This document shows, piece after piece, positions 33,842 to 42,265 of a stretch of 64,000 nt of DNA (its first letter is position 1; the number at the start of each line of letters is the position of its first letter). The notes under the pieces are model-generated. The model was not told the DNA's origin. It ran no database searches and worked only from the letters and a program-made list of their open reading frames with translations. The position numbers and the translations under genes were made by a program. Source of the stretch: an uncultured delta proteobacterium (GTDB taxonomy: Bacteria; Myxococcota; Myxococcia; SLRQ01); the NCBI GenBank assembly GCA_963727485.1, contig CAVSGM010000002.1:448001-512000 (forward strand), written 5' to 3'.

Positions 33842-34464
33842 TCAGGCGACCTTCTGCACAGTGCGGGTTGACGCATCAGCGCCGGACTGGTCAGGCAATT
33901 CTTCATCCTCTTGCCCGACGCCAGCCTGCCGAGCAGAACCCTCCTAGCCTCGAACCGAACACCCCCGCCATCACCACTCGTTGTGATCGTGAAGCCGTAC
34001 CAAGCTTCGGGGTGTACGCGTCCGAAGTGGTGGGACGCCGCTCCAAGGACAGCCTCGCATGAGGCTGTATCCGAGAAACCGGCGTCCGCTACTTCAAGAA
34101 GCCACGGGAACCGGCGCACTAGCCGAACGAGTGCCAATGCACCAGCCGAGATGTCCCCAAGCTTCCACCTCGCGGTAGTTCGGGGCGCTAGGCCCAGAGA
34201 ACGCTCGAAGTAAGCTAAGGTGACACCGAACGATGACAGCTGAGCAAGCATCTCTCTGGCTGAAGCCTTGTCAGCTGCGTCGATCTCCCTCTTGACGATG
34301 GCGTCGCCCTCGCAAGCGAAATCACCCTCTTCTCCGCAGACCTGACAGGTGTTGAAGGGAACGCGGTACTCAACCGGTTCCCCGAATGGCGGTGTGTAGC
34401 GACGGGTCTCCTCGCTACGGGATAGCTCATAGGACCCACATACGGGACACTGAAGCTTACTCAT
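33842..34464 (-). CDS. MqsA-like antitoxin: CxxC..CxxC Zn ribbon + HTH + acidic C-terminal tail (probable frameshift near 33945)
   Basis: CPVCG...CQVCGE, helix-turn-helix VTLAYFERSLGLAPRTTARWK, and an AAGGAGG RBS. The alternative frame ends EDEELPDQSGADASTRTVQKVA-TGA at 33842. Confidence 0.7.
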
Positions 34465-34879
34465 CGGGCCCTCCTTTTTTCTCGTCGCTTCCCCAGCCCG
34501 CCTCCTTCAACTTCTGAGCGAGCAGGAGCCCACGATCATCAGGCTTATCGTTAAGTTTCAAGGACTTGACGATCCAGTAGCCTGTTTTCTTCTGGTGGAG
34601 GAATGCGATGTAGCCGTACTTTTCGCCGGAGTAGAAGTTGTAGGAGTCAACCTTGATGTTCGCCTTCTTGTCAGGGTTGTTCCGCCAAAGTGCAGTCGCG
34701 GCGTGCGTCGGCTTCTCAAGGCCGCCAGCTCCAATCCAACTGGTAACAGCGTCCTGGGTGTGCAGTCCGAAGTCCGACTCAGCCGTGACCATCGCGCCAC
34801 GAGTCACCCGAACGCGCTTGCCGGTGCGACAAGCAGCCTCAAAGTCGGCAAGGTTGTAGGCGGGCCGCTCCGACGGCAC
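34457..34879 (-). CDS. MqsR-like (RelE-superfamily) toxin
   Basis: N-terminus PAYNLADFEAACRTGKRVRVTRGAMVTAESDFGL resembles MqsR from memory, followed by DSY and IVKSLK. GAGGT RBS. 8-bp overlap with the antitoxin start. Confidence 0.6.
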   Translation of the reverse strand: MPSERPAYNLADFEAACRTGKRVRVTRGAMVTAESDFGLHTQDAVTSWIGAGGLEKPTHAATALWRNNPDKKANIKVDSYNFYSGEKYGYIAFLHQKKTGYWIVKSLKLNDKPDDRGLLLAQKLKEAGWGSDEKKGGPDE

Positions 34880-34928
34880 GGTTGACCTCGACAGTGCGAT
34901 GACACATGGCTGCGCTCCCGACTTGGGT

Positions 34929-34943
34929 TATACGGAACGTATA
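34929..34943. promoter_or_regulatory. Palindrome TATACG-gaa-CGTATA, candidate antitoxin operator
   Basis: Perfect 6-3-6 inverted repeat 50 bp upstream of the toxin start, nested inside a second inverted pair CCGACT/AGTCGG (34918-34950). Confidence 0.55.
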
Positions 34944-35100
34944 TAGTCGGCCACGCCGGAATGCAACCCGCAGGGACCCCTCACCGCATCCCTCCCACGT
35001 AGGACATAGCACCTGCCTGGATGTGGGTACATGCCTTGTGCAAACGGTGGATTCGCGTCGACACACAGCCCCGTGCGGTTCGTGCTAGCGTCCCCCGGGG

Positions 35101-38001
35101 ATGGCGGCGGACGCGCGCGAAGGGCTCCTCTACGGGCTCCTGAAGGTCCGGCGGGGGGAGCTGGCCCGCACCGCGCTGCACTTCTTCTACCTGCTCAACG
35201 CCGTCGGCGCCTTCATCCTCGGGCGCAACGTCGCCGCGGCCCTCTTCCTCTCCGAATACCACGCCGATCGCCTGGCCTGGATGTACGTGGCCAGCGCCGG
35301 CGCGGTCTCCGCCGCCGCCTGGATCTACGGGCGGATCATGGGCCGCTTCCGCCTCGACCGGATCATCGCCGGGACCACCGCGGCGCTCGTGGTCGCCGTG
35401 GGCCTGGCGCGCCTCGCCATGGCCGAGCACCTCCCCTTCGTCTACCCGGCCTTCTACGTGCTGGTGGAGGTGATGGGGAGCCTGCTGGTGATCCAGTTCT
35501 GGTCGCTGGCCAACGCCATCCACAACACCCGCCAGGGCAAGCGCCTTTTCGGGGTCATCGGCGCCGGCGGGGTGCTGGCGAACGTGGTCGTCGGCTTCGG
35601 GGGCGCGGCGCTGGTGGGGGTCATCGGCACCGAGAACCTCCTCTACGTGATGATGGGCAACCTCGCGGTGTGCGTGGTCCTGGTGGGCGTCCTCGGCCGC
35701 CGGGCGCGCGGCGAGCTCGCCCGGGAGCGCCTCTCGCGGCCCGCGCCGAGGCGCCGGCGCATCTCGCTGGCCCAGGACGGCGCCCGGGTGCTCGGAAGCA
35801 AGCACCTGCGCATCATCGCCGCCATGGTGGTGCTCACCTTCGTGGTCACCACCCTGGTCGACTACCAGTTCAAGATCCTGGCGCGGCAGGCCTTCGACAA
35901 GACCCAGCTCACCGCCTTCTTCAGCCTCCTCTACGGGGTCACCGGCATCGGCTCGCTGGTCATCCAGCTCTTCGTCACCAGCCGGCTCCTGGAGCGCTTC
36001 GGGATCCTCTCCGGGCTCATCCTCCTGCCCCTCTCGCTCACCCTGGGGTCGGTGGGGATCCTGGTGTTCCCGGTGGCGCTGGCCGCCGCGGCCACCAAGG
36101 GCGCCGACGCGGTCTTCCGCTACACGGTCAACGACGCGACCACCCAGCTGCTCTACCTCCCGGTGCCCGCGCAGATCCGCTCCCGGGCCAAGGCCTTCAT
36201 CGACGGGATCCTCAAGCCCGCCGCCTACGGGACCACGGGGCTGGTGCTGGCGGGGCTGGTGGCCCTCTTCCCGGACCTCGACCGCCACGTGACCCTCCTG
36301 GCGATCCCCGCGGCCATCCTCGGCGTGGTGTGGATGGCCCTGGTCTTCGGCATCCGCGGCGCCTACGTGCGCTCGCTCCTCGACACCCTGCGCCGCCGGC
36401 GCCTGGGGATCCACGAGTCGCCGGTGCGCCTCGCCGACGAGGCCACGGTGGAGGCCCTGCGGCGCACCCTCGGCAGCGACGACCCCGACGCGGTGGCGAG
36501 CGCCCTGGAGATCCTGGAGCACCTCGAGGGGGGCGACCTCGACCCCATGGTCGTCCGGCTCCTGGGCCACGACACGCCCCGGATCCGGGTGCTGGCCCTC
36601 GAGCACCTCGCCCTGGGTGGGCGCCCGGGCCACGCCGGGCCGGTGAGCCGCTGCCTCGGTGACGAGGCGCCGGAGGTCCGGGCGGCGGCGGTGGCCTGCA
36701 CCTGCGCCCTGGGGCGGGAGAAGGCCATCCGGGCGGTACGGGGCTTCCTCGACGACCCCATCCCGGCGGTGCAGGCGGCCACCATGGAGGGGCTCATCAA
36801 GTACGGGGGCCTCGACGGGGTGCTGGCCGCCGCCGGGGCCCTCAAGGACCTCCTGGAGAGCCCGGAGCCCGAGCTGCGGATCCACGGCGCCCGGGTCCTC
36901 GGGGCCATCGGGGTGCGCAACTTCTACCACCCGATCCTCCGGCTCCTCGGTGACGGCGACCCCCAGGTGGTGCTGGCGGCCATCGAGTCCGCCGGGAGCA
37001 TGGGCAGCCCCGAGCTGGTGCCGCCGCTCATCTACAAGCTCGCCGACCCGCGCCTGGCCCCGGCGACGGTGCACGCCCTGGCGCGCTACGGCGAGGGCAT
37101 CGAGCGGACCCTGGCCAAGGTCCTGGACAACGCCGACGAGGACGCGCCGGTGCGCCGGGGGGTGCCGAGGGTCCTGGGGCGCCTGGCGACCCCGGGGGCC
37201 CTGGCGATCGCCCTGGCCCACCTCGCCGCCCCGGACGAGGGGGTGCGCACCGCCGTGTGCCGGGCCCTCTCGCGGATCCACCACACCCGCCCCGAGCTGC
37301 GCATCGACCGGGCGGCGGTGGCGGCGGCGGTGGAGAGCGAGGTCCGCGGGGGCTTCGAGGTCCTCCGGGCCCTCGAGGACCTGGGGCTCTCGTCCCGGCG
37401 CCCGGCGGGGAGCTTCGACACCGGGGCGCTCCTGGCGACGGCCCTGGAGGACCAGCTCGCCCGGGCGGTGGAGCGGGTCCTGCGCCTGGTGGCGGTCCTC
37501 CACCCGCCGGGCACCCTCGACGTGGTCCGCCACAGCCTCGAGGCCCGGGACGCCACCGTCCGCGCCAACGCCCTGGAGGTCTTGGACACCACCCTGGGCA
37601 CGCGCCTGGGGCGGCTGGTGATGCCGCTGTGCGACGAGCGGCCCCGGGCCGAGGCGTTGGCGGTGGCCCACGAGCGCTTCGGCCTCGCCCCCGCGGCCGC
37701 CGAGGACACCCTGCTCGCGCTCCTCTCCGACGCCGACGCCTGGGTCGCCGCCTGCGCCCTCTACCACCTGGCGCAGGTGGGCGACGACGCCGGCCCCCAG
37801 GCCCTGCCCCACCTCCGGTCCCGGTCCCCGGTGGTGCGGGAGACCGCGGCGCTGGTGGTCGCGGACCACCTCGACGCCGAGTCGGTGCGCCGGCACCTGG
37901 CGCCCCTGGCCGCCGACCCGAGCGAGGCGGTGCGCCGGCTGGTGGCAGCGAGGCTGGCGGCGCTCGGGCCCCGGGCCGTGGACGCCGACGGCGCGGCGTA
38001 G
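35101..38001 (+). CDS. Npt/TLC-like MFS nucleotide transporter fused to HEAT repeats
   Basis: About 12 TMs with QFWSLANAIH..RQGKRLFG.I.AG, VDYQFK and LYLPVP..IR.RAK.FID, followed by HEAT repeats. Confidence 0.8.
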   Translation: MAADAREGLLYGLLKVRRGELARTALHFFYLLNAVGAFILGRNVAAALFLSEYHADRLAWMYVASAGAVSAAAWIYGRIMGRFRLDRIIAGTTAALVVAVGLARLAMAEHLPFVYPAFYVLVEVMGSLLVIQFWSLANAIHNTRQGKRLFGVIGAGGVLANVVVGFGGAALVGVIGTENLLYVMMGNLAVCVVLVGVLGRRARGELARERLSRPAPRRRRISLAQDGARVLGSKHLRIIAAMVVLTFVVTTLVDYQFKILARQAFDKTQLTAFFSLLYGVTGIGSLVIQLFVTSRLLERFGILSGLILLPLSLTLGSVGILVFPVALAAAATKGADAVFRYTVNDATTQLLYLPVPAQIRSRAKAFIDGILKPAAYGTTGLVLAGLVALFPDLDRHVTLLAIPAAILGVVWMALVFGIRGAYVRSLLDTLRRRRLGIHESPVRLADEATVEALRRTLGSDDPDAVASALEILEHLEGGDLDPMVVRLLGHDTPRIRVLALEHLALGGRPGHAGPVSRCLGDEAPEVRAAAVACTCALGREKAIRAVRGFLDDPIPAVQAATMEGLIKYGGLDGVLAAAGALKDLLESPEPELRIHGARVLGAIGVRNFYHPILRLLGDGDPQVVLAAIESAGSMGSPELVPPLIYKLADPRLAPATVHALARYGEGIERTLAKVLDNADEDAPVRRGVPRVLGRLATPGALAIALAHLAAPDEGVRTAVCRALSRIHHTRPELRIDRAAVAAAVESEVRGGFEVLRALEDLGLSSRRPAGSFDTGALLATALEDQLARAVERVLRLVAVLHPPGTLDVVRHSLEARDATVRANALEVLDTTLGTRLGRLVMPLCDERPRAEALAVAHERFGLAPAAAEDTLLALLSDADAWVAACALYHLAQVGDDAGPQALPHLRSRSPVVRETAALVVADHLDAESVRRHLAPLAADPSEAVRRLVAARLAALGPRAVDADGAA

Positions 38002-38016
38002 GACACTCGGCCGGGC

Positions 38017-38454
38017 ATGCTCACCACCGTCGAGAAGGTCCTCTTCCTCAAGTCCATCGACCTCTTCCGCCGGATCCCCGGGGACGACCTGGCGCGCCTG
38101 TCGGCGATCACCTCCGAGGTCGCCTTCGAGAACGGCGAGCTGGTCTTCGAGGCCGGGGAACCCGGCGACGCCCTCTACCTGGTCATCGAGGGGCGGGTGC
38201 GGGTCCACCGGGGCGAGCGGCAGATCGCCGAGCTCGCCGAGCGGACCTGCTTCGGGGAGATGGCCATCCTCGACAGCGCCCCGCGCAGCGCCTCGGTGAC
38301 CTGCGCCTCGGAGGCGGTGTGCCTCAAGATCGAGCGCGAGGACTTCTACGAGATCCTCGGGGAGAAGCCGGAGATCGCCCAGGGCATCATCCGGGTGCTC
38401 TCGGCGCGGCTGCGCGACGCCCTCGACCGGGCCGACCAGGAGCCGGCGGCCTGA
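38017..38454 (+). CDS. Stand-alone cyclic-nucleotide-binding domain protein
   Basis: EKVLFLKSIDLF, GEPGDALYLV, FGEMAILDSAPRSASV. Confidence 0.88.
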   Translation: MLTTVEKVLFLKSIDLFRRIPGDDLARLSAITSEVAFENGELVFEAGEPGDALYLVIEGRVRVHRGERQIAELAERTCFGEMAILDSAPRSASVTCASEAVCLKIEREDFYEILGEKPEIAQGIIRVLSARLRDALDRADQEPAA

Positions 38455-38461
38455 GGGGCCG

Positions 38462-38489
38462 ACCCGGACGGGCCCCGGGCCCGTCGGGT
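38462..38489. terminator. GC-rich hairpin after the cNMP gene (possible terminator)
   Basis: Inverted repeat ACCC-G-GACGGGCCC / GGGCCCGTC-GGGT immediately after the stop. No U-tract. Confidence 0.3.
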
Positions 38490-38501
38490 ATGCTCGGGGA
38501 G

Positions 38502-39743
38502 ATGCGCCGCTCCCCCAGCGCCCGGGCCCTCGCCCCCCGGCCCGCAGGCCTCCTCGCGGCCGTCGTGGCCCTCGCCGCGGCCCTCGGGGCGGCCGGGTGC
38601 CCGGCGTCCGGGTGCCGCTACGACACCGACTGCCCCGGAGCCCAGGTGTGCACCGGCGGCACCTGCCAGGAGAGCCCGGCGGTCGCCGTCGCCGCCGGCG
38701 GGCGCTGCACCCCGGGCATCCCCTGCGCCGCCGGGGAGGTCTGCGTGTCCGGCGTGTGCCAGGCCCAGGGGAGCCAGGTCACCCAGCCCTGCACCTCGGA
38801 CCAGGACCCGAAGGCCTGCCCCTCGGGGCAGCTGTGCACCGTCTCCACCCAGGTCGCGACCTGCCAGCGGCCCCCCTGCGCGGCCCTCAACGCCTGCACC
38901 ACCCCGGCGGGCCGGGTCCCCGGGACCCACGCCTGCACCGCCGACGGGGACTGCGCCACCGGCTGGTGCCTCGACGGTGCCTGCGCCGCGGTCTGCGCCG
39001 CCGACACCGACTGCCCCGACGGCTTCGCCTGCACCGCCGAGACCGCCACGCCCCCCGGGGGCGTCGCCGCCACGGTCAGGGTGTGCACCCCCAAGAGCGG
39101 GACCCCGGTCCTCTGCGACGGGGGCCGCTTCTGCCCCGGCGGCGGCGCCTGCGCCTTCGACTGGGGGCCGCCGATCACCACCCACTGCGTGGCCACCTCG
39201 AGCCAGACCGTGCCCACCGGCGGGTCGTGCACCTACTACACGCCCTGCGCCGGGAACGTCTGCCTCTCGAACAACATCTGCGCCGCCCCCTGCCTCGACT
39301 CCCAGGACTGCCCGGTGGGGATGAGCTGCGGGACCATCAACTTCACCAACGGCAGCCAGGCCACCCCCGAGCCCGGGTGCATCGTCCCCATGAACGGCTG
39401 CCTCGACAACGCCATGTGCGCCAGCCGACCCGGGAAGACCTGCCGGCTCTCGGTGAGCATCGACAACCGGCACCTCCTCCTCGCCTGCGCCAGCACCGGC
39501 GGGGCCCCGCCCGGGGCGAGCTGCGCCACCGGGAGCGACTGCGCCTCGAACCTCTGTCTCCCAAGCGGGGTCTGCAGCCAGCCCTGCCTGAACGACGGCG
39601 ACTGCCGGTGCGCCGGCGGGGGGTCCTGCGACGGCACCTGCGCCACCAGCGCCTGCACCCTCACCGGCTGGACCTGCGGGGCGGTGGACCAGCCCGTCCC
39701 CGCCGGGGGCACCGAGAGCGTCCGGGCCTGCACCCCGCCCTGA
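38502..39743 (+). CDS. Cys-rich repeat lipoprotein
   Basis: Lipobox GAAGC and many C..D.DC..G..C..G.C repeats. Confidence 0.75.
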   Translation: MRRSPSARALAPRPAGLLAAVVALAAALGAAGCPASGCRYDTDCPGAQVCTGGTCQESPAVAVAAGGRCTPGIPCAAGEVCVSGVCQAQGSQVTQPCTSDQDPKACPSGQLCTVSTQVATCQRPPCAALNACTTPAGRVPGTHACTADGDCATGWCLDGACAAVCAADTDCPDGFACTAETATPPGGVAATVRVCTPKSGTPVLCDGGRFCPGGGACAFDWGPPITTHCVATSSQTVPTGGSCTYYTPCAGNVCLSNNICAAPCLDSQDCPVGMSCGTINFTNGSQATPEPGCIVPMNGCLDNAMCASRPGKTCRLSVSIDNRHLLLACASTGGAPPGASCATGSDCASNLCLPSGVCSQPCLNDGDCRCAGGGSCDGTCATSACTLTGWTCGAVDQPVPAGGTESVRACTPP

Positions 39744-39828
39744 TCCGGGGCCGCCGGGCCCCCGGGGCGGGCCACCTCCCGAGGTCGCCCGCTTGCGGCG
39801 CCGCTTGCCATCCGGGAGAATGGGGGCG

Positions 39829-41274
39829 ATGCGACGCATCCTGCCGCTCGTCCTCGCCGCGGGGCTCACCTTGGGGGCCGCCCTCTGGGCCGGCTGCTCG
39901 GTGCAGTGCCACTACGACACCGACTGCGCCGGGGCCCAGGTCTGCTCCAAGGGCAGCTGCGTGGCCCCCGACGTCCACCGGCAGGCCTTCGGCATCTGCG
40001 ACACCGCCGCCGACTGCGCCGCCACCGAGGTCTGCATCAGCGGGAGCTGCATCGCCAAGAACGCCCTTGGCGACGGGGGCGTGACCGACGGCGGCACCGC
40101 CGACGCCGGCGACTGCCCGGCCGGGCCCGTCTCCGCGTGCACCAACAGCGCCAACGCCAACTGCCCCTGCCTCGGCGGCAGCTACCGCTTCATCCCCGAC
40201 CCCAAGAACTGCGCCGGCTTCGACCCCTCGGCGATCACCGTGGTCCAGGACGGCTGCAACCTCACCACCTTCATCAACGGCGTGGGCCAGCTCACCGGGA
40301 CCGTGGATCAGTCCGGCACCGTCCACATGGCCGGCCTGTTCACCTGCAGCGGCGCCAAGGACCCGAACACCGAGGCCATCGCCCTCACCTGCCAGACCTG
40401 CAACAACACCCTCATCCCCTTCCTCGCCGAGGCCCCCTCCAGCGTGGTCCCGAGCGGCCCGTTCCTCATGGGCACCGGCGGGATCCCCGACGGCGGCACC
40501 GCCGACGGGGGCACCGCGGACGGGGGCACCGCGGACGGCGGCGCGAGCGACGGCGGCTACCCGGCGGACACCCAGCCCGAGCACCAGGTCGACCTCGGCT
40601 GCTTCCGGATGGACACCAACGAGGTGACCAACCGGTACTACTACGACTGCGTGAACCCGGGTCCGAACTACACCGGGACCCCCTGCGGCCTCCCGCCGGG
40701 CTTCACCAGCCCCGACGAGCTCCGCCAGGCCCCGGCCGACCACCTCCCGGTCATGGGCGTGAGCTGGAAGGACGCGCGGAACTACTGCAAGTACGTGGGG
40801 GGCGACCTGCCCACCGAGGCCGAGTGGGAGAAGGCGGCCCGGGGCGGGTGCGACCTCTACGGGGCCCCCACCTGCGAGCCCGGCGTCGACGACCCCGACT
40901 ACCCCTGGGGCAACGACGCGTCCAAGGTCTGCAGCGACCAGGACGACGTGTTCCAGGCCTGCGGGACCAGCGGCCCGGTCTCCGAGGACCAGTACGTGAC
41001 GGGGGCCTCGGGCTACGGCATCGTCCACCTCGCCGGCAACGTCCGGGAGTGGGTGCGCGACGCCTACAGCGCCACCTGGTACGCCCAGAGCCCCGCCACC
41101 GACCCCGTCGGACCGGCCCAGAACAGCACCCCGGAGCGGGTGATCCGCGGCGGGGCCTTCGACACCGACCCCTCGGCGGGGACCGTGTGGCGCCGGGACC
41201 ACGCGAGCGACAGCCTGCCCGGCGGCGCCTCGAGCATCGGCGACGTCGGCTTCCGCTGCGTCCGCGAGCACTGA
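39829..41274 (+). CDS. Cys-rich lipoprotein with C-terminal FGE-sulfatase (SUMF1-like) domain
   Basis: WAGC lipobox, GPFLMG, EVTN..Y, LPTEAEWEKAARG, YPWGN, LAGNVREWV, RGGAF, GFRCV. Confidence 0.85.
   Translation: MRRILPLVLAAGLTLGAALWAGCSVQCHYDTDCAGAQVCSKGSCVAPDVHRQAFGICDTAADCAATEVCISGSCIAKNALGDGGVTDGGTADAGDCPAGPVSACTNSANANCPCLGGSYRFIPDPKNCAGFDPSAITVVQDGCNLTTFINGVGQLTGTVDQSGTVHMAGLFTCSGAKDPNTEAIALTCQTCNNTLIPFLAEAPSSVVPSGPFLMGTGGIPDGGTADGGTADGGTADGGASDGGYPADTQPEHQVDLGCFRMDTNEVTNRYYYDCVNPGPNYTGTPCGLPPGFTSPDELRQAPADHLPVMGVSWKDARNYCKYVGGDLPTEAEWEKAARGGCDLYGAPTCEPGVDDPDYPWGNDASKVCSDQDDVFQACGTSGPVSEDQYVTGASGYGIVHLAGNVREWVRDAYSATWYAQSPATDPVGPAQNSTPERVIRGGAFDTDPSAGTVWRRDHASDSLPGGASSIGDVGFRCVREH
40489..40557 (+). 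repeat. 15-bp tandem repeat encoding DGGTA units inside the FGE domain
   Basis: gacgg(c/g)ggcaccgc(c/g) x3, followed by degenerate DGGAS and DGG copies. Confidence 0.7.
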
Positions 41275-41291
41275 TCCCGTTCGGGCCCGGA

Positions 41292-42170
41292 TCAGGGGTT
41301 CGGCAGGCTGGTGTCGCCCTGGGGCGCGTTGGCCGGCAGCGACACCTCCTCCGACACGGTGACCGGCGCGGCGGCCCCGGCGGGGAAGCGCAGGGCCCCC
41401 GCCGCCGCCTTCAGGCAGTCCTCGACCGCCTGGTTCATCAGGGTGCTGTCCCGGAGGACCGCCGCCTGGACCCCACCGCCCGGGCCCACCGTGAGGTCCA
41501 CCGTGGCCTCTCCGGCCAGCGCCGGATCCGCCATCACCCCCCGGGCGAGGCAGCTCTCGAAGAAGCCGTGCTTGCCCCGAAGCGCGAAGCGCAGGGCCGC
41601 GGCGTCCACCGGGCCCGTGCCCGGGGGCGGCGGGCGCATCCGCTCCGCCGCCTGGCGCACCGCGACGTAGAAGCCCGGGAGGTCCCCGCGCCACACCGCC
41701 GCGGCCCGGCCCACCACCCGGCCGGAGATCCCCACCGCCCAGAGGTCGAGGGCCCGGGCCTTCCCGGACCGGCCCACCCAGCCCCCGAGGACCTGGTCGG
41801 CGCCGAAGCGCCGGGCGAGACGGGCGAGATCCGCCGGGCGGCCCCGGCCCAGGAGCCGGCGGCGCCGCGAGGCGTCCCAGAAGGCGTCGAGGTCGCTCTC
41901 GTGGCGGACCTCGTACCCGGCGGAGGCCAGGGCCACGGTCACCAGGCGCCCGACCCGGTCGGCGACGTCCCCTGGGACCCCGCGGGCGGAGAGGTCGAGG
42001 AGGATCGCCTTGGGGTGGTCGCCGGGGGAGAAGAAGCCCGGCGCCTCCTCGGGGGCGACCTCGGGCCGCGCCGGTCCGGGGACCGGCACGCAGGCACAGA
42101 CCCCGGCGGCGACGGCCCAGGCGACCCCGGCCACGCAGCACCGCCGGAGCCAGTGGAGGTGGGCGCGCAT
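41292..42170 (-). CDS. Lipoprotein with AgmX/PglI (TonB-C-like) C-terminal domain
   Basis: C-terminal ESC......DPALAGEATVDLTVGPGGGV.....RDSTL.N.AVEDC......LRFP, plus an N-terminal signal with Cys. Confidence 0.7.
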   Translation of the reverse strand: MRAHLHWLRRCCVAGVAWAVAAGVCACVPVPGPARPEVAPEEAPGFFSPGDHPKAILLDLSARGVPGDVADRVGRLVTVALASAGYEVRHESDLDAFWDASRRRRLLGRGRPADLARLARRFGADQVLGGWVGRSGKARALDLWAVGISGRVVGRAAAVWRGDLPGFYVAVRQAAERMRPPPPGTGPVDAAALRFALRGKHGFFESCLARGVMADPALAGEATVDLTVGPGGGVQAAVLRDSTLMNQAVEDCLKAAAGALRFPAGAAAPVTVSEEVSLPANAPQGDTSLPNP

Positions 42171-42265
42171 GGGTCCGCTCTACCACCTTTCCCGACCTCG
42201 GGGCACGACCGGGTTTTTCGTGGGGCTCCCCGGAGCGCTACAATGGGAGGCACGCAGGTCCCCCC

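Noticed and set aside
33547..34464. 305-aa antitoxin fusion ORF as given in the track
   Set aside because: An alternative-frame stop sits beside an RBS-ATG at 33834, and the ORF tail is out of frame with the coherent 33396..33647 segment. Two genes plus two indels fit better.
39829..41274. FGE-sulfatase domain as a DGR target
   Set aside because: No reverse transcriptase and no template/variable repeat pair seen in the window.
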